Of a stretch of 64,000 nucleotides of DNA, positions 33,801-49,356 are shown piece after piece. The stretch lies in NCBI RefSeq assembly GCF_009914755.1, contig NC_060926.1. The stretch is one strand, 5' to 3'. The notes under the pieces are model-generated. The model was not told where the DNA came from. It did no database searches and was given only the letters and a program-made list of their open reading frames with translations. Both the position numbers and the translations under genes were made by a program. How positions within the stretch are numbered: the first letter of the stretch is position 1; each line of letters starts with the position of its first letter. This stretch comes from the human T2T-CHM13v2.0 reference genome, Homo sapiens.

Positions 33801-36800
33801 ATAATCAAACTCCTAAAAATAAAGGATAAAGAATCCTAAAAGCAGCAAGAGAAAAGGAACGAATAACACACAATAAAGCTCCAATACATCTATCAGTAGA
33901 CATTGAAGTGGAAACCTTACAGGCCAGTTGAGAGTGGCAAGACATATTTAAAGTGCGGAAGGAAAAAGACTTTTATCCTAAAAAGCATATCCAGCAAAGA
34001 ACACAAATGAGAAATACTTTCCCAGACAAACAAAATCTGAGGGATTTCATCATCACCTGATCTGTCCTAAAGGAATGCTAAAGGGAATACTTTGATCAGA
34101 AAGAGAAGGATGTTAATGAGCAATAAGTAATCACCTGAATGTACAAAAATCACTGGTAACAGTAGGTACTCAGAAAAACAGAATATTATAACCCTGTAAC
34201 TGTGGTGTGTAAACTACTACCCTAAGTAGAAAGACTAAATGATGAACCAATAAAAAACAATAACTACAACAAATTTTCCAGACATGGACAGTATCATAAG
34301 ATATAAATGGGAATAACAAAAAGTTAAAAAGTTGAGGGATGAAGTTAGGGCATACAGTTTTTATTGGTTTTCTTTTTGCTTGTTTATGCAAACAGGATTT
34401 AATTTTTATCAGCTTAAAATAGTGGTTTGTAAGATAGTATTTGCAAGCCTCTTTGTAACCTCAAACCAAAGAACATACAGTGAATACACAGAAAATAAAA
34501 AGCAGGAAACTAAATTATATTACTGGAGAAAATCACCTTTACTAATGGGAATACGAGAAGGAAAGCAAGAAGGGAGGGGGGACCACAAAACAATCAGAAA
34601 ACCAATAACAAGTGGCAATAGTAAGTTCTTATCAATAATAATATTGAATGTAAATGGACTAAACTTTCCAATCAAAAGATATAGAATGGTTGACTTCATT
34701 AAAAAAACAAGATCATTGATCTGTTCTCTACAAGAAACACACCTCATCTATAAAAAACATACATAAACTGAAAGTAAATGGATGGAAGAAGATATTCCAT
34801 GCCAATGGAAGCCAAAAAAGAGTTGGAGCAGCTATACTTTTATCAGATAAAATAGATTTTAAGACAAAAACTATAAGAAGATACAAAGAAGGTCACTATA
34901 TAATGATAAAGGGGTCAATTCAGCAAGAGGATATAACAAATTTTAGTATATATGCACTCAACATGGGAGTACTCAGATATATAAAGCAAATATTATTAGA
35001 GCTAAAGAGAGACTCCAATACAGTAATATCTGAAGACTTCAACACCCTACTTTCAGCCCTGGACAGACCTTTGAGACAGAAAATCAAAGAAACATTGGAC
35101 TCTATCTGTACTGTAAACCAAATGGTTCTAATAGATATTTACAGAACATTTCATCTAACAACTGCAGGATACACAGGTTTTTCCTCAGCCTAGGGATCAT
35201 TCTTAAGGATAGACCATATGTTAGGTCACAGAATAATTTTTAAAATACTTTTAAAAACCCTGAGTAATATCAACCATGTTCTCTGACCAGCACAGAATAA
35301 AACTAGAAATCAGTAACAAGAAGAATGTTTGAAACTATGCAAATACAAGGAAATTAAATAATATGTTTCTGAATGACCTGTGGGTTAATAAAGAAATTAA
35401 GAAGGAAATTGAAAATTTTCTTGAAACAAACGACAATAGAAACACAACATTTCACCAATTACGGGATACAGCAAAAGCAGTACTCAGAGGGAAGTATATA
35501 GCTATAAATACTTACATCAAAAAAATTAGAAAAACTTCAAATAAAGAACCAGAAATGCATCCTCAACAACTAGAAAGCAAGCAGGAAAACAAACCCCAAA
35601 ACAGTGGAATAAAGGAAATAATAAAGATCAGAGCAGAAATAAATGAAATTGAAATGAAGAAAACAATACAAAAATCACTGAAACAAAAAGTTGTTATTTT
35701 AAAGTTAAACAAAACTTACAAACTTTTAGCTAGACTAAATAAAAAAGAAAAAAATCCAAATAAAATCAGAGATGAAAAAAGAGACATTACAACTGATACT
35801 GCAGAAATTCAAAGGATGATTTGTGGCTACTATGAGCAACTATATGCCAATAATTTGGAAAATCTAGAAGAAATGGACAAATTCCTACACAGATATGACC
35901 TGCCCAGAGTGAACCATGAAGAAATTAAAAACCCAAACAGGCCAGTAACAAGTAACAAGATCAAAGACGTTATAAAAAGTCTCTTAGGAAAGAAAAGCTC
36001 AGCAACTAATGGCTTCACTGCTGAATTCTACCAAACACTTAAAGAGTAACTAATACCAATCCTACTCAAACTGCTCCAAAAAATAGAGGAGGAGGGATTA
36101 CTTCCTAACTCATTCTACAAAGCCACTATTACCCTGATATCAAAACTAGACAAAGACACATTAAAAAAAATACAGGCCAATATCTCATGAATATTGATAT
36201 AAATATCCTCAACAAAATACTAGCAAACCAAATTCAACGGTATGTGGAAAACATCATCATCACGATCAAGTGGGATTTGTCACTGGGATGCAAGAATAGT
36301 TCAACATATGCAAATCAATCAATATGATACCTCATATCAACAGAATGAAGGACAAAAACCAAATGATCCTTTGAATTGATGCTGAAAAAGCATTTGAAAA
36401 GTTAAACATTCCTCCATGATAAAACCCTTCAAACTAGGTACAGAACATAATAACATAATAAAAACCATGTGAAATAGACACACAGCTAGTACCATATTAA
36501 ATGGGGAAAAACAAAAAGGCTTTACTCTAAGATCTGGGACATGATAAGGAACATGAAATAACACTTTCACCAATGTTATTTAACATAGTACTGGAAGTCC
36601 TAGCTAAAGCAATCAGACAAGTGAAAAATAAAGTGCATTCATATTGGGAAGGAAGAAATTAAGTTATCCATGTTTGCAGATATGATATTATATTTGAATA
36701 AACCTAAAGACTCCACCAAAAACTATTAGAATTGATTAACAAATTCAGCAAAGTAGGACAAAAAAATCAGTAGCATTTTTATATGCCAACTGTGAACAAG

Positions 36801-37695
36801 GTGAAAAAGAAAAAAAAAATCCTATTCACAACAGCCTCACCTAAAACTAAATACCTATGAATCAACCAAAGAAGTGAAAAATATCTATAATGAAAACTCT
36901 AAAATATTGATGAAAGAAATAGAAGAAAATTTCAAAAAATTGAAAGACATTCCATGCTCATGGATTAGATGAGTCAATATTATTAATTTTGTCCATACTC
37001 CCCAAAGCAATCTACAGATTCAATGCAATCCCTTTCAAAATACCAAAGATGTTCTTCAAAAAAGTAGAAAAAACAATTCTAAAATTCATATGAAATCACA
37101 AAGACTCAGAATAAACAAAGCTATTCTGAGCAAAAATAACAAAACTGGAGCAATCACATTACCTGACTTCAAATTATACTATGGAGTTGTAGTAACCAAA
37201 CAGCATGGTACTGGCAACAAAACAGAACAAAAAAAAATCAAAAAGAGAGACACACAGGTGAATAGAATAGAGAACCCAGAAACAAATCCACACACCTACA
37301 GTAAACTTGTTTTCCATGAATGTGCCAATAACATGCACTGAGGAAAAGACAATGTCTTCAATAAATGGTGCTGGGAAAACTGGATACCCATATGCAGAAG
37401 AACAAAACTGGAACCCTATCTCTTGAAATATACAAAAATCAAATAAAAATTGATTAAAGACTTAAATCTAAGACCTAAAACTGTGAAACTACTGCAAGAA
37501 AACATTGGAGAAACTTCAGGACATTGGTCTGGGCAAAAATTTCTTGAGTAATACCCCACAAGCACAGGCAACCAATGCAAAAATGCACAAATGGGATCAT
37601 ATCAAGTTAAAAAACTTCTGTATAGCAAAGAAAACAACTGGCAAAGTGAAGAGGTAACCAACAGAGTGGCAGAAAATATTTGCAAACTACCCATC
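30895..37695 (+). mobile_element. L1MA1/2-type LINE (L1M1 5' UTR, ORF1 and most of ORF2), decayed
   Basis: Starts ggagcaagatggcagaatagaaggctccacc. ORF2 peptides in the track: LNVNGLNFPIKR (34332), IKGSIQQEDIT (34903), FLNDLWVNKEIKKEI (35363), [12 protein letters not shown] (37090). Confidence 0.9.
31987..32279 (+). mobile_element. MER1B hAT-Charlie element inside the L1MA 5' UTR
   Basis: TIRs ccggggtcccca and tggggaccactg. Imperfect 8-bp TSD ggatagag/gagtagag. Inverse homologue of 59260-59600. Confidence 0.88.
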
Positions 37696-38093
37696 TGTAT
37701 CAGTTCATTTTTGCATTGCTATAAAGAAATACCTAAGAATGGATGATTTACAAAGAAAAGAGATTTAATTGGCTCACAGTTCCACAGGATGTACAGAAAG
37801 CATGATGTTGGCTATCTGCTCAGCTTCTGGGGAAGCCTCAGGAAACTTACAATCATGGTAGAATGTGAAGGGGAAGCAAGCAAAGTGTTACATGGCTGGA
37901 GTAGGAGAGAGGGGGAGATGCCACACACTTTTAAACAATTAGATTTCATGAGAACCCCATTACAAGCTTTATTGGGATGGTGCTAAACCTTTAGAAACTG
38001 CCCCCATGGTCTGATCACCTCCCACCAGTCTCCACCTCCAGCACTGAGGATTACATTTCAACATGAGTGAGGACACAGATCAAAACCATACCA
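37696..38093 (-). mobile_element. MSTA-type MaLR LTR (3' LTR)
   Basis: tgtatcagttcatttttgcattgctataaagaaatacc...ctcaggaaacttacaatcatgg...caaaaccatacca. Confidence 0.88.
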
Positions 38094-39440
38094 CTCTGCT
38101 CCCAAGTCTCATGTTCATCTCACATTTAAAAATACAATCTTGCCTTCCCAACAGTTCCCCAAAGTCTTAACTCATTTCAGCATTAACTCAAAAGTCCACA
38201 GTCCAAAATCTCATCTGAGATAAGGCAAGTTCCTTTTGCCTATGAGCCTGTAAAATAATAATAATAATAACTACTTAGTTACTTTGAAGATACAATGAGG
38301 ATACAGGCATTGAATAAATACTTGCATTTCAAAAGGAAAAAATTGACCAAAAGAAAAAGGCTACAGGCCCCATGCAAGTCCGAAACCCAGCAGGACAGTC
38401 ATTAAATCTTAAAGCTCTGAAATAATCTCCTTTCACTCCCTGTTTTACATTTAGGCCACACTGATAAAAAGGGTGGGCTCACGAGGCCTTCAGCGTCTCT
38501 GCCCTGTGGCTTCTCTCAAGGGCTGGCTTTGAGTGCCTTCAGCTTTCCCAGGTGCACAGGGCAAGCTGTCCATGGATCTATCATTCCAGATTTTGTAGGA
38601 CCATGGCCTTCTTCTCCCAGCTCCACTAAGCAGTGCCCCAGTGGGGGCTCTGTTGAAGCTCCAACCACACATTTTCCCACCGCACTTCCCTAGTAGAGGT
38701 TCTCTGTGAGCGCTCCACTCCTGCAGCAGGCTTCTGCATGGACATCCAGGATTTTCCATACATTCTTTGAAACCTAGGAGGCTCCCAGATCTCAACTCTT
38801 GCATTCTGCATACCCACAGGCTTAACACCACATGGAAGCCACCCCTCTGAAGGCAGCAGCCCAAGTTTTACCTAGCCTTTTTGAGCCACGGCTAGAGCTG
38901 GTCCATCTGGGATGCAGGAAGCTGTGTCCCAAGGCTGCATGAGACAGCACAGCCCTGGGCCTGACACAAAAGATCATGCTTCTCTCATACGCCTCTGGAC
39001 CTGTGATTGGAGAGTCTACCTCAAAGGTCTCTGAAATGCCTTGAAGGCCTTTTCCCCATTGTCTTGACTATTAGTAATTGTTTCCTCTTTACTTATGCAA
39101 ATTTCTGCAGCATACTTATATTCCTCCCCTGAAAATGGGCTTTTCTTTTCTACCACATGGACAGGAGAAAATTTTTCAAAATTTTATGGTTTGCTTTGTC
39201 TTTATAAGTTTCAGTTTTACATTATTTCCTTGCTTACACATGTGAGCATAGGCTGTTAAAAAACACCCAGGCCACATCTTAAACACTTTGTGCTTAGAAA
39301 TTTCTTCCACCAGATTCCCTAAATCATGACTCTCAAGTTCAAAGTTCCACAGATCCCTAGAGTGGGGGCACAGGGCTGCCAGGTTTTTACTAACACATAA
39401 CAAAAGTTACCTTTGCTCCAGTTCCCAATAATTTCCTTAT
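38094..39440 (-). mobile_element. MST internal sequence; 5' end and 5' LTR deleted
   Basis: Inverse-homologous to the THE1 internal region at 44.5-47.6 kb (peptide DLWNFELE on the minus strand). Stops abruptly at about 39440. Confidence 0.88.
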
Positions 39441-39578
39441 TTTGAAACAACTAAAAGAATAAAAGTGGATTGTTTGTAATACAAAAGATAAATGCTTGAG
39501 GGGATGGATATTCTATTCTCCATGAGCTAATTATTAGGCATTGCCTGCCTGTATCAAAACATCTCATGTAATATATAT
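39441..39578 (+). mobile_element. L1MA1/2 3' UTR end
   Basis: ggattgtttgtaatacaaaagataaatgcttgagggatggata...gcctgtatcaaaacatctcatgta. Confidence 0.85.
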
Positions 39579-39811
39579 GAATTTATTGATTTTTGTGGGT
39601 ATTCGATTCTCTTTTTGCTTGAATGGATTCTGACAAGTCAGATATAATTCTTATTTTTGTTACTCCAAAGGTAAAATTTTTTTCCTTTAGCCTTCTTTAA
39701 AAAATGTTTTTCTTTATCTTTCATTTTCTGTAATTTGAAAGGGGTATAATGATAGGCCTAGGTGTAGTTGGTCTTTTTAGGTGGAGAGGCATTTATTTAT
39801 TCTGCTTGGGG

Positions 39812-40105
<294 letters not shown>

Positions 40106-40277
40106 TGCTTGGTGTTCTTGAGCTGTTTTGATCTATGTTTTGGAAAATGTTATTAATTTGAAAAAATTATCAGTCGTTGTTTTGATGTTTGTTTCTCTCT
40201 TTTTCTTCTGCTATTCCCCTTCACGTATGTTGCATTTTTCATAGATGTCCCAAAGTACTTTGATATCCTGAGGTTTT

Positions 40278-40308
<31 letters not shown>

Positions 40309-40453
40309 AGTTTAGGTAGTATCTATTGGTATTTCATCAAGCTCAGATTTTTTTCCTCAGTTATATCCAGTCTACTGATAAGCCCATTTCTGTTATTGTG
40401 TTTTTGATCTCTAGTATTTCTTTTTGTTTCTTAGAATTTCCATCTCTATTCTT

Positions 40454-40594
40454 GTCTTTTTTTATTTCTTTTTCTGGAGAACGGGGTCTTGCTATATTGC
40501 CCAGGCAGGTCTCGAACTCCTGGGCTCAAGCTATCCTCCCACCTCTTGCCTCCCTGAGAGCTGGGATTACAGGCGTGAGCCACCGTGCCTGGCA
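40454..40594 (-). mobile_element. FLAM (free left Alu monomer)
   Basis: Monomer ggggtcttgctatattgcccagg...ctcctgggctcaag...caccgtgcctggc. 22-bp TSD at 40432-40453 and 40595-40616. Confidence 0.9.
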
Positions 40595-41072
40595 TAGAAT
40601 TTCCATCTCTATTCTTATATTGCTCATCTTTTCTTGCATGCTGCCTACTTTATCCTTTAGAACCCTTAGCATATTAATAATAATTGTTCTAACTTCCCTG
40701 TCTGATAATTCCAACCTCCCTGCCATATTGAGTTCTGATGCTTGCTCTCTTTATACTGTGGTTTTTGCCTTTAGTATACCTTGTACTTTTTTCTTAATAG
40801 CTGGACATGATGTACTGGGTACCAGAAATAGTGGTAAATAGGCCATTAATAATTTGGTAGGTGTGAGGGGAAGAAATATTTTATAATCCTATGATTAGGT
40901 CTCAGTTTTTTTTCATAGGCCTATGACTCTGGACTAACTTCACAAGTGTTTCTCCGATTTGTTTCTCCCCTTTTAGATGAAACAGGACGGCTAGAGTGAG
41001 CTGGAATTGGGTACTTACTTTCCCCAAGGTCAGTTAGGTTCTGATAAAATGCTAGCAAGTTAGGCCCCTCTT

Positions 41073-42593
41073 TCTTTCTTTCTTTTTTTTTTTTTTGTGA
41101 GCAACATGGCTGTTTATTTCACCTGGGTGCAGGCGGGCCAAGTCCGAAAAGAGAGTCAGTGAAGGGAGATAAGGGTGGGCCGTTTTATAGGATTTGGGTA
41201 GGTAAAGGAAAATTACAGTCAAAGGGGGTTTGTTCTCTGGCGGGCAGGAGTGGGGGTCGCAAGGTGCTCAGTGGGGGAGCTTTTTGAGCCAGGATGAGCT
41301 AGGAAAAGGACTTTCACAAGGTAATGTCGTTACTTAAGGCAAGGACCGGCCATTTACACTTCTTTTGTGGTGGAATGTCATCAGTTAAGGTGGGGCAGGG
41401 CATATGCACTTCTTTTGTGATTCTTCAGTTACTTCAGGCCATCTGGGTGTATACGTGCAAGTCACAGGGGATGCGATGGCTTGGCTTGGGCTCAGAGGCC
41501 TGACATTCCTGACTTTTTATATTAATGAGAAAAATAAAATAGTGTTGAAGTGTTGAAGTGTTGGGGCGGCGAAAATTTTTGGGGGGTGGTATGGAGAGAG
41601 AATGGGCGATGTTTCTCAGGGCTGCTTCAGGCGGGATTAGGGGCGGCGTGGGAACCTAGAGTGGGAGAGATTAAGCTGAAGGGAGGTCTTGTGGTAAGGG
41701 GTGATATTGTGGGGATGTTAGAAGAAACATTTGCCGTATAGAATGATTGGTGACGGCCCGGATACGGTTTTGTATGAATTGAAAAACCAAATGGAATAAC
41801 AGAAGGAGAAAAACAGGTATAAAAGGTCTAAGAATTGGGACAACTCAGGATATCTGATTAGAGAGTGCCTAAGGAGATTCAGCATAGTCCTGCCAGCAAA
41901 GATTATTTATTTACTTCAAGAGTTAAGAGTGGCAGTTTGGGGATAGCACCAGGAGATATCAGCTGTGATGGCTTGGAAAAACAGTGTAAACCGGCAGTGT
42001 AAACAAGAGCAGGGCATGTATGAGTAGTTGAGAACGGTGAATAGGAGTATGACTAGACAGAAGATAGTAGGGATGACAAGTTTTTTTGGGGGCACAGTCT
42101 AAGTTGGTCTGGTGTCTGGAATGAGACTGGGGCCTAATAAAAAGGAGCATCTATATAGGAGCTTAAATGGGCTGTACCTTGTAGCATTCTGAGGACAGGT
42201 CTGACTTCTGAGAAGGGAAAGTGGTAAAAGTATTGTCCAGTCCTTTTTAAGTTGGTGGCTGAGCTTGGTGAGGTGTGTTTTTAAAAGACCTTTAGTCTAT
42301 TCTACTTTTCTTGAAGACGGAGGACCATAAGGCATATAAAGGTTTCACTGAATACTAAGAGCCTGAAAAACTGCTTGGCTGATTTGACTAATAAAGGCTG
42401 GTCTGTTATCAGACTGTATTGAGGTGGGAAGGCTAAACTGAGGACTTAAGTCTCACAGAAGGGAAGAAATGACTGCAGTGGCCTTCTCAGACCCTTTAGG
42501 AAAGGACTCTACCTATCCAGTGAAAGTATCTACCTAGACTAAGAGGTATTTCAGTTATCTGACTCGGGGCATGTTGAGTAAAACTAATTTGCC
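41073..42593 (-). mobile_element. 5'-truncated, polyadenylated HERV-H retrocopy: 3' internal sequence, LTR7 U3-R, poly(A)
   Basis: LTR7 at 41097-41505 begins tgtcaggcctctgagcccaagc on the minus strand. It ends at gttgctcaca, 16 nt after AATAAA (41113-41118), with no U5. A T tract occupies 41073-41096. 19-bp TSD agcaagttaggcccctctt at 41054-41072 and 42594-42612. Confidence 0.93.
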
Positions 42594-43194
42594 AGCAAGT
42601 TAGGCCCCTCTTAGCAAAGTCTGCCCTTAGGAGAAACTTTTTAAGAATAGAGTACGCTGACATGTTTAAAAATAGTTCCTTTTCTCCTCCTCCTGCTGGA
42701 AGCATGAGGGTTTTCTTTTCTCTCCCATCTTTAGTGTGGGAATATGATCAAGCTCCAATGGTAAAACTAACAAAAGCATGAGGGCCTTGCATGACTGAGT
42801 TTCCCTGGAGTTTTTAACTTTGAGATTTATTCACACCTAGCCTCCAGCAATTTGTCAGTTCAGGTTTCTCTATCCCAGTGCTGGTTCTCACAAGGATTAC
42901 TGCTTCAATGTGTTGTAATTCTCTGTATCTGCCTGCCTGTCTGTCCAATCTGGAGGAGGAGGGCATTCATTTTCCCTATTGCCTCATTTCTGTTACTGAT
43001 GTAAGAAGTGATTTTGAGTTTTTTTTTTTAGTTTGTTTAACTTTTTACTTGTTAAGATGAAGTGATGACTTGTAAGCTCCTTACATGTGGAACCAGAAAC
43101 CAGGAGAGAGATATCAAGTTTTAAACTGAACAAAACAGGTATATGCTTATCATTTTTATTTTTTACTATGAGAATCCTTTCCATTTTAATTTGC

Positions 43195-44060
43195 ACTTAA
43201 TTCATTCATTTAACTAATATTCATTAGCATATAATAGTGTAGAACTTTACATTGTGAAATAAATGATTTCTACTCTCAGGGTACTTACACTTTGGTGGGA
43301 AGACACATAAACCTGTAAATCAGAAATTTTAAAATAGTGTGCTAAAGGATTTTTGTCCAAAGACGTGTAATTATAAAAGTATGAAAATAAGATACAATTA
43401 TTCTTGCAATAAAATACATTAAATTATGATAGAAATGTGTAATTAAAATAGAAATGAATGCATATTTATAAAATAGTATGATAAAGGCTTTGACAGTATT
43501 TGACACATAGTTATGTACATTTAGTTAAAAGCTAACTACATCTTACTGGGAAATCACTGCGAGAACTTCTTATTGGAGGTGAATATTGAGCTGCTTTTCA
43601 AAGGATTAGTAGGCTTTAGTAGACAAAGTAGGGGTGGAACAGTCCAGCAAGAAGATTCTGTGTGCCTGAATGCTCAAAGGTATGCTTTGCCTGCTGTATT
43701 CAAGGAGCCACAGGTAGTTCTCTCTGTAAACATGAGAGAGAGATATGAAGCTGCAGAGGCTGTATAGGACATGAAGATGAAAATTGAACTTGGCCTTGGA
43801 AGCTTTGGAGGCTAATTGCAGAAATTTAAAACAGGTTACAGTTGGGTTTTCCAAAGAGCATTCTGGCAGAGACAAGCTCTTTTTAAGGCTGTGTCAACCA
43901 CCAGGCAAGAGCTTGAACTAAGGTTGTAGCTGTCAGAAAGGGCAAAAGAAGAGGGCTCCAAGATGTTTATAAGTATAGATTCTTTGTGAGGGAGGAGTGC
44001 ATCCTCTGTCTTGGGTGGCTGATAAATGCTGTTGTCATTTCCTAAGTTGGAGAAAACATC
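43195..44060 (-). mobile_element. L2 fragments
   Basis: ttaattcattcatttaactaatattcattag; ttctactctcagggtacttacactttggtggga; tggaggtgaatattgagctg. Confidence 0.6.
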
Positions 44061-44862
44061 AAGACTGTGTTGGGACTCAGAAAGTACTACAAATTAAGGC
44101 CTCTGAAGCAAAAGCTTTTCTGTGACTTGTATGGTTTGGCTGTGTCTCCACCCAAATCTCATCCTGAATTGTAGTTCTCATAATCCCTAAGTGCTGTGGG
44201 AGGGACTTGGTGGGAAGGGATTCGCTTGTGGGGGCAGCTCCCCCATGCTGTTCTTGTGATAGCGAGTGGATTCTCACGAGATCTGATGGTTTTATAAGGC
44301 GATTTTCCCCCTTCACTCAGAACTTCTCCTTCCTGCTGCCATGTGAAGAAGACATGTTTGCTTACCCTTCTGCCATGATTGTATGTTTCCTGAGGCCTCC
44401 TCAGCCCTGCTGACCTGTGAGTTAGTTAAATCTCTTTCTTTTAAAAATTACCCAGTCTCAGGCAGTTCTTTATAGCAGCATGTGAATGGACTAATATACT
44501 ACATTGGTACCAGAAGTGGATTGCTGTTATAAAGGTAGCTGAAAATGTGGAAGCAACTTTGGAACTGGGTAACAGGCAGAGGTTGGAACAGTTTGGGGGA
44601 CTCAGAAGAAATGTGGGAAAGTTTGGAACTCCCTGGAGACTTGTTGAATGGTTTTGATGAAGATGCTGAGAGTGATCTAGACAATGAAGTCCAGGCTGAG
44701 GTGGTCTCAGATGGAGATGAGAAACTTTTTGGGAATTGGAATAAAGGTGACTCTTGCTATGCTTTAGCAAAGAGATTGCTGGCATTTTTCCCCTGCCCTA
44801 GAGATCTGTGGAACTTTGAACTTGGGAAAGATTATTTAGGGTATCAGGTAGAAGAAATTTCT

Positions 44863-46631
<1,769 letters not shown>

Positions 46632-48554
46632 TTATGGCAGCCTCTCCCATCAGAGGCCTGAAGGCCTACGAGGAATAAATCGGTTCTGTGGGCCTGGTCC
46701 AGGGCCCCCCTGCTGTGTGCAGCCTAGAGACTTGGTGTCCTGCATTCTGGCCACTTCAGCCATGTCTAAAAGGGGCCAAGGTACAGCTCAGTCCATGGCT
46801 TCAGAGGGTACAAGTCCCAAGCCTTGGCAGCTTCCATATGGTATTGGTCCTGCAGGTGCATAGAAGACAAGAGTTGATGTTTGGAAACCTCTGCCTAGAA
46901 TTCAGAGGATGTATGGAAACATCTGGATGTCCAGGCAGAAGTTTGCTGCAGGGGTGAAGTCCTCATGGAGAACCTCTACTAGGGCAATGAAGAGGGGAAA
47001 TGTGGGGTTGGAGCTCCCACACAGAGTCCCCACTGGGGCACTGCCTAGCAGAGCTGTGAGGAGAGGGCCACCATCCTCCAGACCCCAGAGTGGTAAATCC
47101 ACTGACAGCTTGCACTATGTACCTGGAACAGCCACAGGTACTAAACAGCAGCCAATGAAAGCAGCCCCCGGGCCTGTATCCTACTGAGCCGCAGGGGCAG
47201 AACTGCCCAAGTCCATGGGAGCCCACCTCCTGCAACAGTGTGACCTGGATGTGAGACATGGAATCAAAGCAGATTTTGAAGCTTTAAGATTTAATGACTG
47301 CCCCGCTGGGTTTCAAACTTGCATGAGGCCTTTGGTTCTTTTGTTGTGACCAATTTCTCCCATTTGGAATGTGTGTATTTACCCAATATCTGTACCCCCA
47401 TTGTATCTAGAAAGTAAGTAACTTGCTTTCTATTTTACAGGCTTATAGGCAGAAGGGACTTGCCTTGTCTCAGATGAGACTTTGGACTTGGACTTTTGGC
47501 TTAATGTTGGTATGAGCTAAGACTTTGGGGGACTGTTGGAAAGGCATGATTTTGTTTTGAAATGTGAGGACATGAGATTTGAGAGGGGCCAGGGGTGGAA
47601 TGATATGGTTTGGCTGTGTCCCTGCCCAAATCTTATCTTGAATTGTAGCTCCTATAATCCCCAGGTGTTGTGGGAGGGACCCAGTGGGAGGTGATTAGAT
47701 CATAGGTGTTGTTCCCCCACCCTGTTATCATGATAGAGAGTGAATTCTCATGAGATCTGATGGTTGTATAAGGGGCTTTTCCCTCCTTTGCTCTGCACTT
47801 CTCCTTCCTGCCACCATGTGAAGGAAGGATGTGTTTGCTTCCTCTTCTGCCATGATTGTAAGTTTCCTGAGGCTTCCCTAATCCTGCTGACCTGTGAGTC
47901 AATCAAATCTCTTTCCTTTATAAATTACCGAGTCTCAGACAGTTCTTTATAGCAGGGTGAGAATGGACTAATCGACTGACTTTCTCTTGCCCTCCTGTCT
48001 CTCATTTCTCTTCTTTCTCAAGGCACCATAGAAACTAGAATCCTTCTTCTCCAGTGTGGGTCATAGAAACCAGAACACCTTTCCCCAAAGCCAGTCATAA
48101 AACCTACAATTATTACTCTAACCTTCTCCCCTGCGTTTCTGTGTAAAAACTGGTCATAAATAAATTATCTGATCTACCTTGTTTGATTGTAGGCCATAAG
48201 ACCTTCATTCCAGAGGGTGTCCTGGCTTAACCTCAGAAAGGAGGGGAATACATGCTTAGAGAAAACAGGAAGAATCTAGCTGGACAGGGCTTGCTTGGTT
48301 TCCCCACTCAGTTATTAGCATTAGCTTTTTTGTTCAACGTATTTCTATACAGTTGCCCATAGTTTGTTGAACATAAGCATAAAAATGGACAATTTCCCCT
48401 GTATCTTTGGGCCTTCATTCTGAAAGCTCTTGTGTTATATGAAACTATGATCAAATACATTTCTATGCCTTTTCTCCTATCCATCTGCCTCTAGTCAGTA
48501 ATTTTTAAATGAACCTTCAAAGGGTGAAGGGGATATTTTCTCTTGGCCCTGACA

Positions 48555-49356
<802 letters not shown>

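Noticed and set aside
35363-36049. 228-aa Lys/Glu-rich ORF
   Set aside because: Decayed L1MA ORF2 region between EN and RT, bounded by stop codons.
41506-42593. Possible HERV-H env or integrase coding capacity
   Set aside because: Only short ORFs (under 70 aa) are present, consistent with the usual deleted, non-coding HERV-H 3' region.
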